Of a DNA stretch of 64,000 bases, positions 57,320 through 64,000 are shown piece after piece. Below the pieces are notes generated by a model. It worked only from the letters and a program-made list of their open reading frames with translations, was not told the origin of the DNA and ran no database searches. A program made the position numbers and the translations under genes. The stretch comes from Spirochaetia bacterium (GTDB lineage: Bacteria > Spirochaetota > Spirochaetia > SZUA-6 > Bin103). The stretch spans positions 864,001-928,000 of the forward strand of contig CBDBOV010000006.1 in NCBI GenBank assembly GCA_965208575.1. The letters are read 5' to 3'. The first letter of the stretch is position 1. Each line of letters opens with the position of its first letter.

Positions 57320-59086
57320 CTAGAATCCCATTGCTTCCTTCAGGTCCTGGTCAATCCAGAGGCGGGCCTCGAGGGCATTGGAGATAAAGATTTCACCGTT
57401 CCAACCTTTCACCCACGCCCGAGCCAAATTGAAACTTGGCGTCTGCGGGCCCCATATCGAAAAATGATTCCGTATCAAATACATGTCCAGGTCTTTGGAG
57501 AACTTCTGCTGGTCCGCAACGGTGGTAGCGGCGACATAGCCATTATACGCTGCGTCCAACTCCGCGTCGGCTCCGGGGTTCCCGCCCATGATGTCCTCTC
57601 TGAAAGCAGTGTTATACCAGGACATCAAGTGGTCCACGGAGGTAACGGCCAACGTGCCGGTGCACATCTCATACGTCTTGTCTGTGAGACGGGCGACCAT
57701 GGTCGCCACGTCAACTACATCGATCTCCAGGTCGACGCCAATTTCATCCCAATATGCGGCAGTTACTTCTACATAGCCCAAATCAAAGATGTTACGGTGG
57801 CAATAGGTCAGCTTGAATCGAACACCGTCCGCGCCGCGCGGATAGCCAGCCGCATCAAGCAATGCTTCTGCCCCTTCCGGGTCATACCTGTAGGTCTTCT
57901 TGACCTCTTCGGGCCATTCTTCAAATGGCACGTAGAACCCTTTGACGTCGCCGACGAGCCCCATGGGTACCCACCTTGCAAAACCACCCAGGTAAGTGTC
58001 GTTGATTGTCTCCAGGTCCAGTGCCATCTGCATAGCCTGGCGTACTCTGAGGTCGTCAAGGGGCGGGTTGCGCCGGTTCATGGTCGGAGCGTTACTATTC
58101 GAGCCGAAAAAAGGTTCCACCTGCAGTTCGGAATTGGTCCGCTGCAGGCTCCGTATAGTATCGATACTCCGGATAGAGCCGGCGCCAAGTATGATGTCAA
58201 TCTTACCCGACCGAAGTGCGGCCAGGCGGGTTGCTTCTTCTGGCATATGCAGGGCCCGTAACTGGTCAATATAGGGCAGGCGGTTGTCCGGGTACTTTTC
58301 GTCGTAGCCCCAGTAGTTGGGATTCTTGGTAAAGGTGAAAGAGCTGGCCTCGACGTAGTCAGTCAGCATAAAGGGTCCGGTGCCGACCACATTCCTCCAA
58401 TCCTTCATGTCACCGTGTTGCCGGATCACCTCGGGGGGTAGAATGTAGGCGTTGGTTGAGATGAGGATAGCTCTCAGTGCATCCGGTCTTGTCCGTTCCA
58501 GCTTGACCACAACCGTCCAGTCGTCGGTGGCCGTTATCGATTCGATTGGCAGTTGGGATATTTCATAGGTAGTTACGGGCGGTCCCTCCTCGCTCAAACC
58601 GGTAATACGCAACAGGCTGAACTCGACATCCTTGGCAGTCAGCTCGCGACCGTTCACCGGCGGCTTGTCATGCCAGTGAACGCCTCGGCGGATGTTGAAG
58701 ATCATCGTCTTGTCATCGGGGGTCTCCCAGCTTTCCGCCAACTGCGGTCCCATGGAAAAAAGACCTCTGTACCACGTTTGAAAGTCCGCTTCGTCCCTAT
58801 CTATTGCCCAGTCCTCGACGGATAACCGCTCACTGACACCAGCGAGGAAGAAATGCACGCCGGTGCCATAAAAGGGATCAGAATGCTCACCGAATGAGAC
58901 GCTGGCCTTGGTCAGCGTTCCGCCATACTCGGGCGCGGTCACCGCTTTGCCGGTGGCGGGGTCGGTGACGTACTTCTTGTCGGCCGCGGCTGCCGGCGCC
59001 TCTTCTGCGGCGGCGGCCCACAGGCCGGTCGCGGTCAGGATGAGGACCGACGCGACCGCGAAGGTCCTTGAGAAAAGTAGCTTCAT
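57320..59086 (-). CDS. DppA-like solute-binding protein 6
   Basis: MKLLFSRTFAV signal peptide; motifs APEYGG, LAESWE, VGTGPF. Confidence 0.94.
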   Translation of the reverse strand: MKLLFSRTFAVASVLILTATGLWAAAAEEAPAAAADKKYVTDPATGKAVTAPEYGGTLTKASVSFGEHSDPFYGTGVHFFLAGVSERLSVEDWAIDRDEADFQTWYRGLFSMGPQLAESWETPDDKTMIFNIRRGVHWHDKPPVNGRELTAKDVEFSLLRITGLSEEGPPVTTYEISQLPIESITATDDWTVVVKLERTRPDALRAILISTNAYILPPEVIRQHGDMKDWRNVVGTGPFMLTDYVEASSFTFTKNPNYWGYDEKYPDNRLPYIDQLRALHMPEEATRLAALRSGKIDIILGAGSIRSIDTIRSLQRTNSELQVEPFFGSNSNAPTMNRRNPPLDDLRVRQAMQMALDLETINDTYLGGFARWVPMGLVGDVKGFYVPFEEWPEEVKKTYRYDPEGAEALLDAAGYPRGADGVRFKLTYCHRNIFDLGYVEVTAAYWDEIGVDLEIDVVDVATMVARLTDKTYEMCTGTLAVTSVDHLMSWYNTAFREDIMGGNPGADAELDAAYNGYVAATTVADQQKFSKDLDMYLIRNHFSIWGPQTPSFNLARAWVKGWNGEIFISNALEARLWIDQDLKEAMGF

Positions 59087-59300
59087 CGTTGCTTCCTTCA
59101 GAGTAGTCTTGAGAGCATTGCGGAGCGGATCGCCGCTCCCTGGCTCCTCTCGGGCGCGCAACGCGCGCCGCCAGGCAGAGTCAATCTGTGCAGCGCGCGG
59201 CGTGTGACTCAGCCGGGTTCCACCCGGGCTCACGCCGCGCGCGCGTAAGGTTCTTTGAGTATCATTTGGACCTCCTCTCCTGGGGCACGGGGTCGCCCTG
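59087..59300 (-). promoter_or_regulatory. Conserved structured 5' leader L3 with uORF
   Basis: Reverse complement aligns with L1 over ~200 nt. Confidence 0.75.
59230..59265 (-). CDS. Putative leader peptide MILKEPYARAA
   Basis: AGGAGGT SD; same length as the L1 uORF. Confidence 0.55.
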   Translation of the reverse strand: MILKEPYARAA

Positions 59301-59423
59301 CGAGGTGCTGCTAATTCCACCATCAACAGTGTTGCACACGCCCGGCCACCCGTCAATGAAACGGGATCCCGGCCCGGCGGTTGGCGCTGATGCGGTGGTC
59401 TGGTATACGTTACGTTGGTCGAC

Positions 59424-60593
59424 ATGAAGGCAATCGAGCAACGCCTGTTCACTCCCGGCGACGGCGCCACGCCGCCAGCCCTTACCGGACGGAAGCGGGA
59501 GGAGGCGGTGCTTACGCGGTGCTTGGAGGATCTGCTCGGCGGCCGGGCTCCGCCGCACAACGTCGCTCTGACCGGGCCGCGCGGCACCGGCAAGACGGTG
59601 CTGCTGAATTGGTTCAAGCGCGCCTGCCGCGACCGCGAACCGGAAGTGGACGTGGTGAGCCTGACCCCTGCCGACATCCCGACCCGGGACGCGCTGACCG
59701 AGGTTCTGACGCCGCCGCACGGGTTGGCGAAGCTGCTGCCCAGGAAGCTGGGCGTGGCAGCGGTGGGCTCGGTCGAGTGGGCGCCGGCGGCCGGGGGCAT
59801 GCGCAACCTGCGGCAGGAATTGACCGCCCGGTGCCGCAGGAGGCCGCTGGCGACGCTGGTCGACGAGGCGCACACGCTTGACCTCGAGGTGGGCAGAACG
59901 CTGCTCAACGCCAGTCAACAGGTGCGCGACGAGGCGCCGTTTCTGCTGGTGCTGGCCGGCACGCCGGGCTTGGAGGCGCATCTTGGCGCCATGAATGCGA
60001 CGTTCTGGAGTCGGCTGGACGAAGGTCGCCTCGGCATCGGCCTGCTGAGTTCCGCCGCCGCCCGCGCTGCTCTGGTCGTGCCGCTGGCGGCTCACGGCGT
60101 GAGCATCGACACCGCCACCCTCGATGCGGTAGTCAAGGACAGCCAATGCTACCCCTACTTCATCCAGGTCTGGGGCCGCGCCCTGTGGCAGCGGCGTCTG
60201 GCCACCGGCGCGACCCGGCTGTCCGCCGCCCACGCGGCGGCAGCGCAACCCGACGTGGCAACCAGGGTCACCGACTACTACGAGGATCGATACCTGGAGT
60301 TGGATCGATCCGGCTGGCTAGCCATTGCCGAGCGCGTGGCCGACCGTTTCCAATCCATGCCGACGTTGACCTACGAGGAGTTGAAGTCCGCGGTCGCCGC
60401 CGGTCTCGCTGCGAACGCGGACCCGCAGCAGGTGCATACGGCCCTGACCGTCCTGCAGCGCCTGGGCTTCGTCTGGCGCCCGCCCGGCCAGCTTCCGCCG
60501 GTCCGCTACGAGCCCGGAATTCCCTCGCTGATGGCGTACGTACTCGACCATGCCGCACCGTCGCATGGAGAAGCACTTCCCGAGACCAGGTAA
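59424..60593 (+). CDS. Stand-alone P-loop AAA ATPase with probable C-terminal winged helix
   Basis: FTPGDG.TPPALTGR, GPRGTGKT, LVDEAH, YPYFIQ. Confidence 0.85.
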   Translation: MKAIEQRLFTPGDGATPPALTGRKREEAVLTRCLEDLLGGRAPPHNVALTGPRGTGKTVLLNWFKRACRDREPEVDVVSLTPADIPTRDALTEVLTPPHGLAKLLPRKLGVAAVGSVEWAPAAGGMRNLRQELTARCRRRPLATLVDEAHTLDLEVGRTLLNASQQVRDEAPFLLVLAGTPGLEAHLGAMNATFWSRLDEGRLGIGLLSSAAARAALVVPLAAHGVSIDTATLDAVVKDSQCYPYFIQVWGRALWQRRLATGATRLSAAHAAAAQPDVATRVTDYYEDRYLELDRSGWLAIAERVADRFQSMPTLTYEELKSAVAAGLAANADPQQVHTALTVLQRLGFVWRPPGQLPPVRYEPGIPSLMAYVLDHAAPSHGEALPETR

Positions 60594-60605
60594 CTCTGCT
60601 CGCTC

Positions 60606-61538
60606 TCAAACCTGCCTGGCGGCATCGGCATCGAGGCGTCCGCCGCCGCCCCGCAGCCGCGGGTCGAGCAGGTCGCGCACCGCGTCGCCGAACATGTTCG
60701 AACAGTACACGACAATCGTCAGGCACAGGCCCGGCCAGACCGCCAGCATTGGCGCCACCTCCATGAACTTGCGCCCCTCCCGGCTGAGCAGGCCTCCCCA
60801 GCTCGGCACCCCGATCGGCAGGCCGAAGCCCAGGAAGCTCAAGCTGGCCTCACTCATGATCACCCCGCCGATGCTGATGCTGAATATGATGATCATGACA
60901 GGCATGATATTGGGCACCACGTGGCGCACCAGTGTCGCGGCGCCGCCGCTGCCGATCGCGGGGGCCGCCAGAAAATAGTCATTCTCCTTGATGCCGATGA
61001 CCGCCGCCCTGACTACTCTCGAGGTGCCGATGCCTCCCGCTATGCCCAGGACCAGTATTATCTGCAACACACCGCGTCCCGCTATCGACATCACGGTCAA
61101 CAACATCAGCAGCCCCGGGAAAGCCATCCAGGCATCGACGAATCTCTGCACAGCCAGGTCCAGCCTACCACCAAGGAATCCTGAAATGCCGCCGATCAGG
61201 GCAGCGACCACGACCGTGAGAGCGCTCGCCGCCAGGCCGACAACTATGGAAAGACGAGCCCCTACGATGAGGCGGCTCAAGAAGTCCCGCCCCAACTGGT
61301 CCGTACCCAGCGGATATTGCGCTGACGGGCCCTGCAGCCTGTCTGCCAGGTGCATTTCCCAGTACGGATAAGGTGCCAGCGCATCGGCAAAGATACTGAC
61401 CAGAATCAATATCAGGATGACGATCCCGCTGACCGTACCCAGCGGCTTTTCCTTCACCATCCTGATAAAGAAATCTGCCAACTGGGAGCGTCTCTTCGGC
61501 TCACTTACCGGTGCTGGTATCCCCGTGGCGTCGCTCAT
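60606..61538 (-). CDS. DppC-like ABC permease
   Basis: Motifs LGTDQLGRD, EASLSFLGFG. Confidence 0.93.
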   Translation of the reverse strand: MSDATGIPAPVSEPKRRSQLADFFIRMVKEKPLGTVSGIVILILILVSIFADALAPYPYWEMHLADRLQGPSAQYPLGTDQLGRDFLSRLIVGARLSIVVGLAASALTVVVAALIGGISGFLGGRLDLAVQRFVDAWMAFPGLLMLLTVMSIAGRGVLQIILVLGIAGGIGTSRVVRAAVIGIKENDYFLAAPAIGSGGAATLVRHVVPNIMPVMIIIFSISIGGVIMSEASLSFLGFGLPIGVPSWGGLLSREGRKFMEVAPMLAVWPGLCLTIVVYCSNMFGDAVRDLLDPRLRGGGGRLDADAARQV

Positions 61539-61555
61539 TCTCCTGATTCTCCTGT

Positions 61556-62557
61556 CTACCGGTAACGGACCCTGGGGTCTATATAAGGATAAACCATGTC
61601 GATAAGCAGATTGGTCACCAGCACCAGGGCACCAAAAAACAAGTTTACTCCGGACACCAACGGGTAGTCCCTGTCATTGAGGGCCGTCAGCATGAGACGA
61701 CCGAGCCCCGGCAGGTTGAAGATGTTCTCCATGATAACGGAGCCGCCTACCAGGAGGGGCAACGACAAGCCGACCAGGGTAACTATCGGCATGAGGGCAT
61801 TCCGGATGGCGTGTCTCACAATGACTACCCGCTCCTTGAGACCCTTGGACCAGGCCGTCCTGATATAGTCCTGCCGGAGCACCTCCAGCATCATGGTGCG
61901 CGTCATCCGCATGGTGCCGGCCGACATGGCCGTCCCCAGAATCACGCTGGGAATGATGAGAATCCCGAGATTCCCCAGCGGGTCTTCGGTGAACGGAACC
62001 CAGCGCATCGGTGGCGACCAGCCCCACCAGATCGCGGGGAATATCATGACCATCAGTGCCAGCCAGAAGTTGGGCGTTGCCATGCCGATTACGGCCGCGG
62101 TGCGGCCCACGTAGTCGGCGGCTGTATCCTGGCGAATCGCCGAGTAGATGCCGACCGGCAGTGCGATCACCAGCCCGATTACGATGGCCATGATACCGAG
62201 CTCAATAGTGACCGGCAACCTCCCCAGTATCTCCTCCTCTATCGTCAAGTGGGTGCGCCTCAGTGATTCGCCAAGGGTACCCTGGAGGAGACCCCTGAAG
62301 TGGGCTTCACCGGTCTCCCAATCAGGGGTCGGCAACACTCCCATCCAGCGTCCATACTGCACGTGGACCGGCACGTCCAACCCCAGCATGCGCTCGACAG
62401 CTTCGCGGTCGATGTCGACGCCCCACCGTTCCATCTCCAGCCTCATTGCGTCTATTATGTCGCCGGGGATGAAGCGGACCGCGAGAAAGACCAAGATGGT
62501 CAGGATCAGCAAGGTGGGGATGATGAGCAACAACCGCCTGATGATATAGGCTCTCAT
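61556..62557 (-). CDS. DppB-like ABC permease
   Basis: Motifs MRAYIIRR, RFIPGD, DYIRTAWSKG. Confidence 0.93.
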   Translation of the reverse strand: MRAYIIRRLLLIIPTLLILTILVFLAVRFIPGDIIDAMRLEMERWGVDIDREAVERMLGLDVPVHVQYGRWMGVLPTPDWETGEAHFRGLLQGTLGESLRRTHLTIEEEILGRLPVTIELGIMAIVIGLVIALPVGIYSAIRQDTAADYVGRTAAVIGMATPNFWLALMVMIFPAIWWGWSPPMRWVPFTEDPLGNLGILIIPSVILGTAMSAGTMRMTRTMMLEVLRQDYIRTAWSKGLKERVVIVRHAIRNALMPIVTLVGLSLPLLVGGSVIMENIFNLPGLGRLMLTALNDRDYPLVSGVNLFFGALVLVTNLLIDMVYPYIDPRVRYR

Positions 62558-62679
62558 GGCACACTCTTCCTTGCGATTTTGCCCGTCATTCGCAGTCTTG
62601 TCCTGAAAAATCAAGGGAGCTGGAAGGCTGCCGCCCGCCAGCTCCCTTTGCGCTACGGTCAGCCACGAGGGGTGAACCC

Positions 62680-64000
62680 CTAGTGACCCATGGCTGCCTT
62701 CAGCGCGCTGTCAATCCAGAGGTAGGCCAGGAACGACTGGGTCTCACTATCGCCTATTCTCATTTCGCCGTTGTAACCAATTATCCACGGTTGGGTTGCC
62801 TGGAACTGTGGGGTTTCAGGACCCCATATCCTGAATTGATTCTCGATGATGTACATGTTCGCCTCTTTGGCCAGCTTGTTCTGCTCGTCAAGAGTGGAAG
62901 CGGCAAACATGGCGTCGATCATGGCGTCATATTCGGGGTCTTGCAAACCGTCGCGGCTCGTTCTCTCCGAATAATACGCCCATGTCAAAGGATTGGGGAG
63001 AGAATACCTGAAGGCCCCTTCCCCCCAACTGATTCGGTAGGTATCCTGATCTGCGGTGACCGCTCCGGTTTCCCCAACACCGAAAACGTCTATCTCGACA
63101 TCCACGCCAATCTCGCGCCAGTATCCGGCGGCCAGTTCTGCATAGCTCACATCGTACCGTTCAAAGTAGGCCATGCCCGTCTTGAACCTGATGCCGTCGG
63201 CGCCGCGCGGATACCCGGCGGCATCAAGCAACGCTTCGGCACCTTCCGGGTCATACCGGTAGGTTGCCTTGATCTCTTCGGGCCACTCCTCGAACGGCGT
63301 GCCGATCCCGGCCACGTCATTGCCTATCCGACCGTGCGGAGTCGCATCGCCATATCCCTTGTAGTAGGTATCCACGATGGTGTCGAGATCCAGTGCCATC
63401 TGCATGGCTTGGCGCACCCGGATGTCATCCCAAGGCGGTCTCTGCAGACCGACGAGAAAGAACACGTTGTCGGACCGGAACTTGTATTCATGCAGCACGA
63501 TTTCGGGGTTGGTCCGGTTGAGGCCCTCTACCTCGTCGATAGACCTCAATTGAGAGTCGCCGACAGTCCCCAGCATATCAAGCTGACCGGCGCGCAGAGC
63601 CGCCAGGCGAGTTGCCCCTTCCGGCATCAACAAGGTCACTACCTTGTCGGTATAGGGCAAGCGGTTGTCCGGGTACTTCGGGTCGTAGCCCCAGTAGTTG
63701 GGATTCTTGGTCCAGGTCCTGGAGCTTTCCTCGACCACCTCCGTCAGCGCATAGGGTCCGGTGCCGACCGTGTTCCGCCAATCCTTGTAGTCGCCGTGTT
63801 CCTCGATCACCTCCGGAGGGTATATCACCGCAATCCATTGGCCGAGAAGATTTTTCAGGGCGTGAAAGTTGGGCTTGTTCAGCTTGAAAACGACCGTCCA
63901 ATCGTCGGTGGCCGTTACCGACTCGAAGTCTTCCGGCGGGAAGCCACCGGCCATCGGGCTGGCTCCGGCTTCACTGAACTTGCCCAGGCCCAATAGCCGC
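62680..64000 (-). CDS. DppA-like solute-binding protein 7 (5' end beyond the window)
   Basis: Motifs VGTGPY, KNPNYWGYD, IRVRQAMQMA, LWIDSALK. Confidence 0.93.
   Translation of the reverse strand, partial: RLLGLGKFSEAGASPMAGGFPPEDFESVTATDDWTVVFKLNKPNFHALKNLLGQWIAVIYPPEVIEEHGDYKDWRNTVGTGPYALTEVVEESSRTWTKNPNYWGYDPKYPDNRLPYTDKVVTLLMPEGATRLAALRAGQLDMLGTVGDSQLRSIDEVEGLNRTNPEIVLHEYKFRSDNVFFLVGLQRPPWDDIRVRQAMQMALDLDTIVDTYYKGYGDATPHGRIGNDVAGIGTPFEEWPEEIKATYRYDPEGAEALLDAAGYPRGADGIRFKTGMAYFERYDVSYAELAAGYWREIGVDVEIDVFGVGETGAVTADQDTYRISWGEGAFRYSLPNPLTWAYYSERTSRDGLQDPEYDAMIDAMFAASTLDEQNKLAKEANMYIIENQFRIWGPETPQFQATQPWIIGYNGEMRIGDSETQSFLAYLWIDSALKAAMGH

Noticed and set aside
59249-59259. boxA-like GTTCTTTGA in the leaders
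   Set aside because: It lies antisense to the SBP transcript in all three copies and is explained by the LKEP codons.

Overview
High-GC bacterial DNA. The non-lipobox LWA(A/T)GxxE-type signal peptides on the solute-binding proteins suggest a spirochaete-like lineage (inference only). Bases 1-14 kb are mostly metabolic: partial menE, nfeD plus two SPFH genes, an alpha-carbonic anhydrase, an ADP-ribosylglycohydrolase, a GmrSD-like nuclease, an SDR, a thioesterase, ppc, a HEPN gene pair and a PhyH dioxygenase. From 14.7 kb onward the window is dominated by seven paralogous DppA/B/C-type ABC modules (7 SBP, 7 B, 7 C including one pseudogene) with no ATPase subunit. These are interleaved with intact and decayed toxin-antitoxin or defence genes, a repeat-containing HNH gene, a MoxR-DUF58-transglutaminase operon and an IS1634 that splits a gene. 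The two most novel signals are non-coding. The first is a conserved 5' leader upstream of three SBP genes: strong SD, short uORF M(K/I)LKEP(H/Y)..., a 12-bp hairpin and a covarying pseudoknot-like domain. The second is an ~81-bp structured element present five times, with a visible filled/empty site pair and a copy at every junction of one operon. All calls were made by eye, with no database searches.
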